Below, piece by piece: positions 9,695-19,757 of a DNA stretch of 64,000 nt (positions are counted from its first letter, which is position 1; every line of letters begins with the position of its first letter). The DNA is from Flavobacteriales bacterium (GTDB lineage: Bacteria; Bacteroidota; Bacteroidia; JACJYZ01). Where the stretch lies: NCBI GenBank assembly GCA_020635855.1, contig JACJYZ010000004.1, positions 361,628 to 425,627 of the forward strand, written 5' to 3'. Both the position numbers and the translations under genes were made by a program. A model generated the notes under the pieces. It did no database searches. It saw only the letters and a list, made by a program, of their open reading frames with translations, and was not told the origin of the DNA.

Positions 9695-10144
9695 ATGTCA
9701 CTCACAGAAGACATCGACCGGGACATCAAGGCCGCCATGCTGGCCAGGGAACAGGATAAACTCACGGCGCTCAGGGCAGTTAAAGCTGCTCTGCTGCTGG
9801 CCAGAACCGAAAAAGGTTCAGGTCATGAACTGCAAGCCGATGATGAAGCCCGTATCCTGCAGAAACTGATCAAACAACGTCAGGAATCGGCAGACATATA
9901 TGTACAGCAAAATCGCGGTGATCTCGCGGAAAAAGAAAAGTTCGAGGCAAACGTCATAGCAGCCTATTTGCCCGAGCAACTCAGTGAAGAAGAGATCTCC
10001 GCAAAGGTGCAGGAAATCATCACCAAAACCGGAGCGAATGGCATGAAAGATATGGGCAAGGTGATGGGGATGGCTTCCCGGGAACTGGCGGGAAAAGCAG
10101 ATAATAAGATTGTAGCAGCCGTTGTGAAGCAGCTCCTTTCTTAA
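9695..10144 (+). CDS. yqeY: GatB/YqeY domain-containing protein
   Basis: The ATG at 9695 (MSLTEDIDRDIKAAMLAREQDKLTALRAVKAA...) gives about 149 aa, the usual size and N-terminus for YqeY-like proteins. The track start at 9656 adds 13 residues. Confidence 0.85.
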   Translation: MSLTEDIDRDIKAAMLAREQDKLTALRAVKAALLLARTEKGSGHELQADDEARILQKLIKQRQESADIYVQQNRGDLAEKEKFEANVIAAYLPEQLSEEEISAKVQEIITKTGANGMKDMGKVMGMASRELAGKADNKIVAAVVKQLLS

Positions 10145-10238
10145 TAAAACACAAAAATCCGGATGCGGTTAAAACAAATCCGGACATTGCCTGTTAAAGC
10201 ATTTGGCAACGGAAGGGGGAGAGGTGGCCTCAAATCCT

Positions 10239-10246
10239 TATCTTTG
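10239..10246 (+). promoter_or_regulatory. Candidate Bacteroidota sigma-A -7 box (TATCTTTG, exact TAnnTTTG)
   Basis: Exact match to the TAnnTTTG consensus, with 20 nt between it and the dxs ATG. I did not find a clear -33 TTTG. Confidence 0.4.
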
Positions 10247-10266
10247 CCGGTTAGAAGCACATTTGA

Positions 10267-12213
10267 ATGGAATTTACGCCCGGTCCACTTCTGTCTAAAA
10301 TCCGCGTCCCGGAAGATCTGCGCAAGCTGCCCGTCAAAGATTTGCCGCAGCTCAGCGATGAGCTAAGGCAACTGATCATTGATGTTGTTTCCGTCAAGGG
10401 AGGCCATTTCGGTGCCTCGCTAGGCGTGGTGGAAATGACCGTTGCGCTTCATTACGCCTTCAATACACCGTATGACCAGCTTGTATGGGACGTAGGCCAC
10501 CAGGCTTACGGACATAAGATCCTGACCGGAAGACGCGACATCTTCCATACCAACAGACAATACAAAGGCCTCAGCGGTTTTCCCAAACGTTCCGAAAGCG
10601 AATACGATACCTTCGGGGTGGGACACTCTTCCACCTCCATTTCTGCCGCACTCGGAATGGCAGTAGCCGCACGCGAGCTGGGTGAGAAAGACCGCCAGCA
10701 CATCGCAGTGATCGGCGACGGGGCCATGACCGCCGGCCTGGCTTTCGAAGGAATGAACCATGCCGGGGTAGAAAACACCAACCTGCTGGTGGTACTGAAC
10801 GACAACTGCATGTCGATCGACCCCAACGTAGGTGCATTGAAAGAGTACCTGACGGACATTACCACTTCTCATGCCTACAACAAAATGAAGGATGACCTCT
10901 GGCACCTTCTGGGCATGGTCAGCAAGTTCGGTCCCAATGCACAGGCGATCGCTTCCAAGGTGGAAAACGCCGTCAAATCAGCCCTGCTCAAACAAAGCAA
11001 CTACTTCGAGTCATTGCGGTTCCGTTATTTCGGCCCCATTGACGGACACGATGTAAAACACATGGTGAAGGTGATGAAGGACCTGCGTGACATTCCGGGT
11101 CCGAAGATCCTGCACTGCATCACCATGAAGGGCAAAGGATACCAACCCGCAGAGCAGGGTGATCAAACCCAGTGGCATTCGCCCGGGCTCTTTGACAAAA
11201 CCACAGGTAAAATCCTGGTGAGTACAAGCAACGAACCCAGGCCACCCAAGTACCAGGACGTATTTGGGCATACGCTTGTAGAACTGGCGGAAAAGAACAA
11301 CAAAATTGTGGGGATCACCCCTGCCATGCCATCGGGATCTTCCATGAACATCATGATGAAGGCCATGCCTGACAGGGCCTTCGACGTGGGAATTGCCGAG
11401 CAACATGCGGTAACCTTCTCTGCCGGAATGGCCACCAGAGGACTTGTGCCGTACTGCAATATTTACTCCAGCTTCATGCAACGGGCATACGACCAGGTGA
11501 TCCATGACGTGGCCATCCAAAACCTGCATGTGGTATTCTGCCTGGACCGGGGAGGAATCGCTGGTGCCGACGGCCCCACCCATCACGGTGCTTACGACCT
11601 GGCCTACATGCGTTGCATCCCCAACATGGTGGTGAGCGCCCCCATGAATGAAGAAGAATTGAGGAATCTCATGTACACGGCCCAGTTGCCTTCATCACAT
11701 GGCCCCTTCAGCATACGATACCCCAGGGGCAATGGTGTGATGATCGATTGGAAACGTCCTTTCCAGAAAATCACCATCGGCAAGGGAAGAAAGTTGAGGG
11801 ACGGGGCAGACATTGCCATCCTGACCATCGGCACGGTGGGCAATCTCGCAACGGCCGCCTGCGAAGCACTGGACAAGAAAGGCATCCGTGCAGCGCACTA
11901 CGACATGCGGTTCGTGAAGCCGCTGGATGCGAAACTGCTGACAGAAGTGTTCCGCAAGTTCGACAAGGTGATCACCGTGGAAGACGGTTGCCTGATGGGG
12001 GGCATGGGAAGTGCAGTACTCGAATTCATGGCCGACAAGTGTTTCTCCGCACAGGTGCGCCGGCTGGGCATTCCCGATGCCGTGATCGAACACGGCGAGC
12101 AATCGCAGCTATATAAAGAGTGCGGGTTTTCCACGGATGACATCATCCATGCCACCGAAGAAATGGTATTGGGTAAGAAAGGTGTGATGTCGGTGGTGGG
12201 CGCTTCGAGTTAA
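10267..12213 (+). CDS. dxs: 1-deoxy-D-xylulose-5-phosphate synthase
   Basis: 648 aa. Motifs GGHFGASLGVVEMTVALHY, DVGHQAYGHKILTGRRD and the TPP-binding GDGAMTAGLAFEGMNHAG. Confidence 0.96.
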   Translation: MEFTPGPLLSKIRVPEDLRKLPVKDLPQLSDELRQLIIDVVSVKGGHFGASLGVVEMTVALHYAFNTPYDQLVWDVGHQAYGHKILTGRRDIFHTNRQYKGLSGFPKRSESEYDTFGVGHSSTSISAALGMAVAARELGEKDRQHIAVIGDGAMTAGLAFEGMNHAGVENTNLLVVLNDNCMSIDPNVGALKEYLTDITTSHAYNKMKDDLWHLLGMVSKFGPNAQAIASKVENAVKSALLKQSNYFESLRFRYFGPIDGHDVKHMVKVMKDLRDIPGPKILHCITMKGKGYQPAEQGDQTQWHSPGLFDKTTGKILVSTSNEPRPPKYQDVFGHTLVELAEKNNKIVGITPAMPSGSSMNIMMKAMPDRAFDVGIAEQHAVTFSAGMATRGLVPYCNIYSSFMQRAYDQVIHDVAIQNLHVVFCLDRGGIAGADGPTHHGAYDLAYMRCIPNMVVSAPMNEEELRNLMYTAQLPSSHGPFSIRYPRGNGVMIDWKRPFQKITIGKGRKLRDGADIAILTIGTVGNLATAACEALDKKGIRAAHYDMRFVKPLDAKLLTEVFRKFDKVITVEDGCLMGGMGSAVLEFMADKCFSAQVRRLGIPDAVIEHGEQSQLYKECGFSTDDIIHATEEMVLGKKGVMSVVGASS

Positions 12214-12231
12214 GCAGGGCGCCTCACCGGA

Positions 12232-13644
12232 TCAGGCGCTAGCCTTGCTGCCGGCCTTCTCAGCCTTGCCGCTCTTCTTCTCCTCTTCCTGATTGTCTTC
12301 CCCCTCTTTTCCCATCGGGAAATCTTCCAGGAAATGCGTCGTATACTGCCCCTGAAGCCACTTCGGGTTTTTCATCAGTTTCCTGTGAAAAGGGATGGTG
12401 GTTTTCACTCCTTCGATCACGAACTCCTCCAATGCGCGTGACATCTTCTGGATCGCTTCTTCCCGCGTTTGTGCCACGGTGATCAGTTTGGCGATCATGG
12501 AATCGTAGTTGGAAGGAATGGTATAACCGGCATACACATGTGTATCTATGCGTACGCCATGCCCACCCGGTGCATGGTAGGTGGTGATGGTACCGGGAGA
12601 AGGCCGGAATCCGTTGTATGGGTCCTCCGCGTTGATGCGGCACTCGATGGCGTGCATCTCGGGGAAATAGTTTTTGCCGGTGATCTTGATACCCGCATGC
12701 ACTTTGATTTGTTCCTTGATCAGGTCGTAGTTGATCACCTCTTCGGTGATGGGATGCTCCACCTGGATGCGGGTATTCATTTCCATGAAGTAGAAATTCC
12801 TGTTCTTATCCACCAGGAACTCGATGGTACCCACACCTTCGTATTTGATGGCCTTGGCTGCCTTTACAGCGGCCAGTCCCATTTTCTCACGCAGGCGCTT
12901 GGTCATGAAGGGGCTGGGTGTTTCTTCCACCAGCTTCTGGTGACGGCGCTGGATGGAGCAGTCCCTTTCGCTGAGGTGACATGCCTTTCCGAACTGGTCT
13001 CCCACGATCTGAATCTCGATGTGGTGGGGTTCCTCGATGAACTTCTCGATGTACATGCCATCGTTGCCGAATGCGGCAGCGGCTTCTTTCTTGGCCTGTT
13101 CCCACAGGTTGTCGAGTTCGGAAGCTTTGCGGATGACACGCATGCCCTTTCCTCCGCCGCCGGCAGTGGCTTTGATGATCACCGGATAGCCGATGGATTT
13201 GGCGACGGTTTTGGCATCCTCCAGGGTGTCTACCAGTCCGTCGGACCCAGGAATACAGGGTACGCCGGCTTTTTTCATGGTAGCCTTGGCAGTGGCCTTA
13301 TCACCCATTTTCTCGATCATTTCGGGCTTCGGTCCCAGGAACTTGATGTTGTGTTCCTGGCAGATGCGCGCGAACTTGGCATTCTCAGAGAGAAAACCAT
13401 AACCGGGATGTATGGCATCGGAGTTGGTGATTTCCGCAGCAGCAATGATGCGCGGAATATCCAGATAAGATTGGTTGCTCGGAGCGGGGCCGATGCATAC
13501 CGCCTCGTCTGCGAAACGAACATGCAGGCTTTCCGCATCTGCTTTGGAATATACGGCTACCGTTTGGATGCCCATTTCCCTGCATGTGCGGATGACGCGC
13601 AAAGCAATCTCGCCTCTGTTTGCGATCAGAATTTTCTTAAACAC
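12232..13644 (-). CDS. accC: Acetyl-CoA carboxylase biotin carboxylase subunit
   Basis: N-terminus [26 protein letters not shown] from a GTG start, then an ATP-grasp core ([32 protein letters not shown]). Directly downstream of accB. Carries a short K/E-rich C-terminal tail. Confidence 0.95.
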   Translation of the reverse strand: MFKKILIANRGEIALRVIRTCREMGIQTVAVYSKADAESLHVRFADEAVCIGPAPSNQSYLDIPRIIAAAEITNSDAIHPGYGFLSENAKFARICQEHNIKFLGPKPEMIEKMGDKATAKATMKKAGVPCIPGSDGLVDTLEDAKTVAKSIGYPVIIKATAGGGGKGMRVIRKASELDNLWEQAKKEAAAAFGNDGMYIEKFIEEPHHIEIQIVGDQFGKACHLSERDCSIQRRHQKLVEETPSPFMTKRLREKMGLAAVKAAKAIKYEGVGTIEFLVDKNRNFYFMEMNTRIQVEHPITEEVINYDLIKEQIKVHAGIKITGKNYFPEMHAIECRINAEDPYNGFRPSPGTITTYHAPGGHGVRIDTHVYAGYTIPSNYDSMIAKLITVAQTREEAIQKMSRALEEFVIEGVKTTIPFHRKLMKNPKWLQGQYTTHFLEDFPMGKEGEDNQEEEKKSGKAEKAGSKASA

Positions 13645-13673
13645 GGACTGGTATTTGGTTCAACCTAAGGACC

Positions 13674-14192
13674 TCAGAACGGCTCCACCAAAAAGAGGGG
13701 CTGTTCATATTCCACGGGGCTTGCATCATCCACCAACACTTTCACGATCTTGCCCGATACTTCGGATTCGATCTCATTGAACAGTTTCATGGCTTCAATG
13801 ATGCACAATACGTCACCCTTCTTAATTTCGTCCCCTACGTTCACGAACGAAGGTTTGTCAGGCGACGGTGAGCGGTAGAAGGTGCCAATCATCGGCGATT
13901 TCACTTCCACCAGGTTACTTGCTGTTTCTTTTTCCTTGGCAGGAGCCGGCTTTTCAGCGGCCGGAGGTGCTGCTTCGCTGGCAGCAACCACAGGCTGTTG
14001 CATCTGAACCTGTTGCGGTATGGTGGCAACGGGTACGGCGGTTTGGATCACCTGCTGATATTCCTGGGGATTGTTTCTTCCTTTGGGCGTGGTCTTGATG
14101 TTGATCTTCACATCTTTTGTTTCCAGATCCACTTCACTTACCCCGGATTTGGCGACAAATTTGATCAGCTCCTGGATTTCATTCAGTTTCAT
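13674..14192 (-). CDS. accB: Acetyl-CoA carboxylase biotin carboxyl carrier protein
   Basis: 172 aa with a Pro/Ala-rich linker. The biotinyl-lysine motif CIIEAMKLFNEIE is near the C-terminus. Confidence 0.93.
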   Translation of the reverse strand: MKLNEIQELIKFVAKSGVSEVDLETKDVKINIKTTPKGRNNPQEYQQVIQTAVPVATIPQQVQMQQPVVAASEAAPPAAEKPAPAKEKETASNLVEVKSPMIGTFYRSPSPDKPSFVNVGDEIKKGDVLCIIEAMKLFNEIESEVSGKIVKVLVDDASPVEYEQPLFLVEPF

Positions 14193-14301
14193 ACAAAATC
14201 TTGATTTAGCGGCTTACTCTGATTGCCAAATGCTTTTTTTCACCTACAAACACTGCCCGAAAGGCGGTTTAAAGGTATATATTTTTTCCAACTAGCAAAG
14301 C

Positions 14302-15306
14302 CTAGTTGTTCGTTCCGTCAAGTGCCCATTTGATGTAAACGGCACCCCATGTGAACCCGCCTCCGAAGGCAGCCAGCACGATGTTATCTCCCTTATGAAG
14401 TTGTTTCTCCCATTCCCAGAGGCACAAGGGGATGGTGCCATTGGTAGTGTTCCCGTAGCGTTGGATGTTGATCATGACCTTATCGTCACTCAGACCCATT
14501 CGCCGGGCGGTTGCATCGATGATGCGTAAGTTGGCCTGGTGCGGCACGAGCCAGGCTACATCGTCAGACGTCAGGTGGTTACGGTCCATGATCTGTGCGG
14601 CAGCATCTGCCATATGCATCACCGCCGCCTTGAACACAGGTTGACCTTCCTGGTAAACGAAGTGTTGTCTGTCATCAATGGTCTGATGACTGGCAGGCTT
14701 AACCGATCCTCCCGCCTTCATATGCAGGTGGTGGCGACCGGAACCGTCTGATTGCAGCACTGCATCCAATACGCCGTAACCTTCGGTATTGGGTTCCAGG
14801 AGCACCGCACCCGCACCATCTCCGAAAATCACACAGGTGGTACGGTCTGAGTAATCGATGATGGAAGACATCTTATCGGCGCCCACGATCACTACTTTCT
14901 TATAGAGTCCGCTTTCCACATACATGGAACCGGTGGTTAATCCGTAAATAAAACCCGAACAGGCCGCCATGAGGTCGAAGTTGAAGGCATTGCGGATGCC
15001 CGCCTTGTCGGCAATGACATTTGCAGTAGCCGGAAACATCATATCGGGTGTGGCGGTGCAGCAGATCAGCAGGTCCACTTCTTCCGGTTTGGTGCCGGTT
15101 TTTTCAAGCAATCCTTTCACGGCTTCGGCACCCATATCTGAGGTTCCTTTGCCCTCTTCCTTCAGAATCCGTCGTTCCTTGATGCCGGTGCGGCTGATGA
15201 TCCATTCGTCGGTTGTATCCACCATGGATTCCAGTTCGGCATTGGTCAACACGTAATCGGGGACCCAGGCATGAATACCGGTAATGGCTGCGGTAACTTT
15301 GCTCAT
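14302..15306 (-). CDS. fabH: 3-oxoacyl-ACP synthase III
   Basis: 334 aa. Active-site context [11 protein letters not shown], then [10 protein letters not shown] and [10 protein letters not shown]. Downstream of plsX. Confidence 0.94.
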   Translation of the reverse strand: MSKVTAAITGIHAWVPDYVLTNAELESMVDTTDEWIISRTGIKERRILKEEGKGTSDMGAEAVKGLLEKTGTKPEEVDLLICCTATPDMMFPATANVIADKAGIRNAFNFDLMAACSGFIYGLTTGSMYVESGLYKKVVIVGADKMSSIIDYSDRTTCVIFGDGAGAVLLEPNTEGYGVLDAVLQSDGSGRHHLHMKAGGSVKPASHQTIDDRQHFVYQEGQPVFKAAVMHMADAAAQIMDRNHLTSDDVAWLVPHQANLRIIDATARRMGLSDDKVMINIQRYGNTTNGTIPLCLWEWEKQLHKGDNIVLAAFGGGFTWGAVYIKWALDGTNN

Positions 15307-15312
15307 GGTGTT

Positions 15313-16254
15313 TTATTGAAATGCTTGCATGATCTTCTCAGGCAACCTGGCGGCCGCAATTTCACCGGTCAGGAGCATCATATTCTTTATGGCTTCTGGC
15401 GATGAGATGCCATGGCCGATCATCACGGTTGAATTGATCCCCAGGATGGGTGTACCCCCGTATTCCTCGTAGTTGAAACGGCTGAAGTAGTCGTCTACCA
15501 GGCCACGTCGGCGCATGATGGAATAAAAGGCTTCCGCTTCTTTCAGCACCACGTTGCCGGTAAATCCGTCGCATACGATCACATCAGCCTTGTCTTCAAA
15601 CAAATCCCGGCCCTCCACATTCCCGATGAAGTTGAAGTCGGCGCTGTCTTTCATCAACACGTGGGCCGACAAACTGAGCAGGTTGCCCTTTTCCTCTTCC
15701 TCACCAATGTTCAACAGACCTACCCGGGGGGTGTTAATGTTCAGCACGTGCTGTGCATAAAGGGATCCCAGGATGGCAAACTGGTAAAGAACATCGGGTT
15801 TGCAATCGGCATTGGTACCTACATCCAGGATGATTCCCACGCCACCGCTCTCTTTCGGTAAAACCGATGTGATGCAAGGGCGGATCACCCCCGGCACGGC
15901 TTTGACCGAATGCATGGCACCTACCAGCATGGCGCCCGTATTGCCCGCACCTGCAAAGCCGGAAATAATCCCTTCTTTCAACAGATGAAAGCCAACGGAA
16001 ATACTGGAATTCGGTTTGGTTCTGAATGCTTTGGTGGGATGGTCGTGCATGCTGATCACCTCCTGAGCATGCACGATCTCAAGGCGGTCGTTTCCGGCCT
16101 CCCCGAGTTGTTGAAGTTCCTCACGGATGACTTTTTCGTCACCTATCAGAACAAGAGATTGCCCTTCAGGCAACAGTTCGGTCGCCAGCACCGCACCCTT
16201 AACGGTACTTTGGGGTGCGAAATCGCCCCCCATGATATCAATTCCAAGCTTCAT
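15313..16254 (-). CDS. plsX: Phosphate acyltransferase PlsX
   Basis: N-terminus MKLGIDIMGGDFAP, then GNVEGRD and CDGFTGNVVLK motifs. Fits the classic rpmF-plsX-fabH order. Confidence 0.94.
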   Translation of the reverse strand: MKLGIDIMGGDFAPQSTVKGAVLATELLPEGQSLVLIGDEKVIREELQQLGEAGNDRLEIVHAQEVISMHDHPTKAFRTKPNSSISVGFHLLKEGIISGFAGAGNTGAMLVGAMHSVKAVPGVIRPCITSVLPKESGGVGIILDVGTNADCKPDVLYQFAILGSLYAQHVLNINTPRVGLLNIGEEEEKGNLLSLSAHVLMKDSADFNFIGNVEGRDLFEDKADVIVCDGFTGNVVLKEAEAFYSIMRRRGLVDDYFSRFNYEEYGGTPILGINSTVMIGHGISSPEAIKNMMLLTGEIAAARLPEKIMQAFQ

Positions 16255-16310
16255 TCAAATGTGAATGTCCGGTAAGCTCTTGGATACTCAATGTGTGGAA
16301 ACGGGGCGTA

Positions 16311-16493
16311 CTATACCTCTTCCTTCTCTACTGCAGGCTTTCCCCTGTAGTGCCCGCATTCGGGGCAAACATGGTGTCTCATCACCGCAGTACCGCAATT
16401 TGAGCAGCTTGCGAGGGTCGGAACCGCAGCCTTGTGATGCGTACGACGCTTGTCTCTGCGTGTTTTGGAGGTTTTTCGTTTTGGATGTGGCAT
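16311..16493 (-). CDS. rpmF: 50S ribosomal protein L32
   Basis: 60 aa starting MPHPKRKTSKTRRDKRRTHHK, with a CxxC...CxxC zinc ribbon (CSNCG...CPECG). Confidence 0.95.
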   Translation of the reverse strand: MPHPKRKTSKTRRDKRRTHHKAAVPTLASCSNCGTAVMRHHVCPECGHYRGKPAVEKEEV

Positions 16494-16562
16494 GGTTTCT
16501 TGTTTTTGAAATCTGCTGTCTTTTTATCAAAATCAGGCGGCACTTAACGTGCCTCTCTGTTC

Positions 16563-17096
16563 TTACTTCAATTGTTTCAATGCGGCCCATCGCTCATCAA
16601 CGGGCTTTTCCGTTTCCTGAATGGCCAGTGAATCCAGCACTTTCAGCACTTCCGGATCGCAAAGGTTCTGACCGTTTTCTCCCACCGGATGTTCCCGCTT
16701 GATCGGCAGCAACAGGGCTGCAAACTCATACAGGTAGCCGGACACATCCAGTTCACTTTCATCCCTGTGGATGGTGACCAGTTCATCACTCAATTCCTCG
16801 GCTTCATCCGCCAGCTTCACGATGAGCTTCCGGCTGCCATCCATCTCCTGCTTGTACAGGTCTGCACACCGATCGCATGTCAATTCAACCCATCCCTTGA
16901 AATCGAACCTAAGGGTCATCATGGTCTCCAGGCGATCCAATGTCAGCGTCACATGCATATCCGCATCGGAAATATCGGTCGATTGCCTGTCCCCGAAAAA
17001 GGGTCCCTTCAAATCAAATTGATAGGTATAGGTACCCGGCTTGAGGCCCGCAAACGGAATCTGATATTCTTTCTCCTTTTTCAAGCGGCTATTCAT
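16563..17096 (-). CDS. yceD: YceD/DUF177 family protein (ribosome-maturation associated)
   Basis: 177 aa and acidic. It lies directly upstream of rpmF, as in the widely conserved yceD-rpmF-plsX arrangement. Contains a CDRC motif. Confidence 0.8.
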   Translation of the reverse strand: MNSRLKKEKEYQIPFAGLKPGTYTYQFDLKGPFFGDRQSTDISDADMHVTLTLDRLETMMTLRFDFKGWVELTCDRCADLYKQEMDGSRKLIVKLADEAEELSDELVTIHRDESELDVSGYLYEFAALLLPIKREHPVGENGQNLCDPEVLKVLDSLAIQETEKPVDERWAALKQLK

Positions 17097-17107
17097 GTAA
17101 AAGCTGG

Positions 17108-17115
17108 CAAAGCTA
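17108..17115 (-). promoter_or_regulatory. Candidate -7 box (TAGCTTTG on the minus strand) for the yceD-rpmF-plsX-fabH operon
   Basis: The plus strand reads CAAAGCTA, the reverse complement of an exact TAnnTTTG. 11 nt separate it from the yceD ATG. Confidence 0.4.
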
Positions 17116-17153
17116 TAAAAAACCGGGGGAATATGAAAGAACAGATTTTCTTC

Positions 17154-18221
17154 CTAATCTTTCTCTGCCCGTGATAACTGCTTTTGAGCACGAAGGGCGC
17201 CCGAGCGCAGGGCCTCGTTTTGTTGCCTGGATCTGAATATATCGCAAGCAAGATACACTGCGTGACGGAACGATGTTTCATCGGCCTGGTTCTTTCCGGC
17301 GATGTCGAATCCGGTGCCATGATCCGGAGACGTGCGCACGAAGGGAAGTCCGGCCGTATAGTTCACACCTTCATCGAAGGCCATGGATTTAAAGGGGATC
17401 AGACCCTGGTCATGGTACATGCTTAACACGGCGTCGAAATTCCGCCATTGAACCGTTCCGAAAAAACCATCTGCGGGGTAGGGGCCAATGGCCACCACAC
17501 CTGCATCATTGGCTTTCCGGATGGCGGGGGCAATGATCTCTGACTCTTCCTTACCCAGTTGCCCGCCTTCTCCTGCATGGGGATTCAGGGCCATCACGGC
17601 AATCCGGGGTTTACGGATGGAAAAATCCACCATGAGCGATTGATTGAGGGCCATGATTTTGTTGTAAACCCTTTCAACCCCAATGGCCTGCGACACCTCC
17701 GATAACGGAAGGTGTTCGGTTACAAGCCCCATCTTGCAAATGGGTGAAACCATCAGCATCAGGTGGTTTTTAGCACCCGACCGCTCGGCCAGGTACCCGG
17801 TGTGGCCCGTAAAGCCGGGTTTGAGTTCAGCAATGCTTTGTTTGTGGATGGGTGCTGTAACGATGGCATCCAGCTTTCCATCCATCACGTCTTTCAATGC
17901 GGCATCAATGGAAGCAAGCGCATATTTGCCACTTTCGGCGGTGGCACTGCCAGGTTCAATCTTCATGTCTTCTTCCAAACAGTTGATCAGGTTCGGACGC
18001 TTGGTATTGGCATCCCCTGCATCGTTGATGACCTGAAAGTTGAGTTCATTCGCGTCCAGCAGCTTGCGATAGTAATTTGCCAGTTTCACCGAACCATACA
18101 CCACCGGAATGCAGGTTTGCAGCATGCGCGCATCCATGAAGGTCTTCATGATCACTTCCATCCCGATGCCATTGACATCTCCAACCGTAATACCAATCCT
18201 TACCGGATCCTTTGCTTCCAT
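17154..18221 (-). CDS. pdxA: 4-hydroxythreonine-4-phosphate dehydrogenase PdxA
   Basis: 355 aa. Motifs GITVGDVNGIG, VTAPIHK, LNPHAGEGG and TSPDHGT, typical of PdxA. Confidence 0.92.
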   Translation of the reverse strand: MEAKDPVRIGITVGDVNGIGMEVIMKTFMDARMLQTCIPVVYGSVKLANYYRKLLDANELNFQVINDAGDANTKRPNLINCLEEDMKIEPGSATAESGKYALASIDAALKDVMDGKLDAIVTAPIHKQSIAELKPGFTGHTGYLAERSGAKNHLMLMVSPICKMGLVTEHLPLSEVSQAIGVERVYNKIMALNQSLMVDFSIRKPRIAVMALNPHAGEGGQLGKEESEIIAPAIRKANDAGVVAIGPYPADGFFGTVQWRNFDAVLSMYHDQGLIPFKSMAFDEGVNYTAGLPFVRTSPDHGTGFDIAGKNQADETSFRHAVYLACDIFRSRQQNEALRSGALRAQKQLSRAEKD

Positions 18222-18223
18222 GG

Positions 18224-19660
18224 CTATGACAGATTTTTTAGAAATTCGATGATCAGGCGTGTTCCCGCACCGGTACCACCTGCAGGCAGGTATTCGAAAG
18301 GTTGATCAAAGAAGGTCATTCCGCTGATGTCAACATGGATCCAGGGGTATGCGGTGAACCTTTCCAGAAATTTACCTGCTGTAGTGGCACCCGCCAATGG
18401 GCTTCCCAGGTTTTTTACATCGGCAATGGTCGACTTCAGTTCCTCTTCATATTCTTCCCAAAGCGGAAATTCTACCAGTCTTTCATGTACCGATTCGCCG
18501 GCATCCTTCAGCTTCTGCATATGTACCCCATAATCCTTTCCCATGGCCACCATGCCGAAATGACCGATGGCCCGGATCGCAGCACCCGTGAGGGTGGCCA
18601 GGTCAATAACCAGTGCAGGTTTGAATTGTTTGGCGTAAGCGAGTGCATCACCCAACAACATGCGGCCTTCCGCATCCGTGTTTAATACTTCCACCGTGGA
18701 ACCATCGAACATCCGCACCACATCTCCGGGTACGTATGCCCGTTGCCCGGGTCGGTTGTCTGTTGCCGGGATAAGGCCCACGATGTGCAATGGCAACTTC
18801 AAGCGCGACGCGGCCAGAATGGAGGACAGCACACATGCGCCACCCGCCATGTCGCACTTCATGCGGTCCATGGCTTCGGGAGTGGGCTTCAGGCTCAATC
18901 CGCCGGTATCGAATACCACACCTTTGCCCACCAACACAATGGGCGCTTTTTTTCCGGCGGACGGGTGTTTGTATTCTATAATGGAGAACGTGGGTGGCTC
19001 CAGGCTGCCCTGATTAACAGCAAGCAACCCGCCCATTTTCAACGCTTCGATCTTTTTTCTGGTGAGGACATTCACCTCGCATCCGGCATCTTTCGCTTCC
19101 CGGGCAATGATCTTGGAGAAACGCGTAGCATTCAGATAACTCTGGGGTTCATTCACCAGGTCACGGGTCAGGCCAACTGCATCTGTGATTACTTTGAGTT
19201 CGTTCAGCATCCCGGCGGTAAATCGCTTGTCGGCGATCCTCACCTGCTTTAACCTCTGCTGCTTAGTGGATCTGTACTTTTTAAAACTGTAACCGGCAAG
19301 CACCAACCCTTCAGCAAATGCATACAACGATGCGGTATCTGCGCACATGGAAACTATTGAAACCGCATCAACTCCTTGGGCGTTAAGTTGTGCATGCACC
19401 CGTGCACCCGCTCTTCTTGATTGTTCAGCTGGGTACTTTTCTTTCTTTCCTGACGGGATCCAGACCAGAAAAAAACGATGGGCGGCAGTGAATACCGGAA
19501 CCAGGCTTTTTTCAGGACCCATTTGTTTCTGATAGTGCTGCAGGACGCGCAGTTCGGCTTCAGTCAACCCCTTCCAACCGAGCTTGCTTGTTTCATTCAA
19601 CAGGATGATCACATCATCATGACCTGAAGGCGAAACAACCCGATCAATTGTCACACTCAT
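18224..19660 (-). CDS. pepA: Leucyl aminopeptidase (M17 family)
   Basis: 478 aa. M17 signature NTDAEGRMLLGDAL, plus VGKGVVFDTGGLSLKP. Confidence 0.92.
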   Translation of the reverse strand: MSVTIDRVVSPSGHDDVIILLNETSKLGWKGLTEAELRVLQHYQKQMGPEKSLVPVFTAAHRFFLVWIPSGKKEKYPAEQSRRAGARVHAQLNAQGVDAVSIVSMCADTASLYAFAEGLVLAGYSFKKYRSTKQQRLKQVRIADKRFTAGMLNELKVITDAVGLTRDLVNEPQSYLNATRFSKIIAREAKDAGCEVNVLTRKKIEALKMGGLLAVNQGSLEPPTFSIIEYKHPSAGKKAPIVLVGKGVVFDTGGLSLKPTPEAMDRMKCDMAGGACVLSSILAASRLKLPLHIVGLIPATDNRPGQRAYVPGDVVRMFDGSTVEVLNTDAEGRMLLGDALAYAKQFKPALVIDLATLTGAAIRAIGHFGMVAMGKDYGVHMQKLKDAGESVHERLVEFPLWEEYEEELKSTIADVKNLGSPLAGATTAGKFLERFTAYPWIHVDISGMTFFDQPFEYLPAGGTGAGTRLIIEFLKNLS

Positions 19661-19757
19661 GGCTATGTAGTAATTTTAAGGCGACTAAGGTATGAATTAT
19701 AAGCTTCCGGTCAGGCAGCATACACGCGTTTGACCAGGGAAGTGAAACGAAAAGAAC

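Noticed and set aside
10145-10266. Structured RNA, terminator or small ORF (track ORF 10163..10366) between yqeY and dxs
   Set aside because: There is only a 6-bp TCCGGA self-complementary pair with no T-tract. The 67-aa ORF overlaps the dxs start in another frame and has no supporting features.
12469-13668. 399-aa ORF on the plus strand, antisense to accC
   Set aside because: It lies entirely inside the strongly supported accC gene. Its translation is low-complexity (rich in G, D, H, F, V) with no recognisable motif. Long antisense ORFs are expected from the codon bias of the sense strand.
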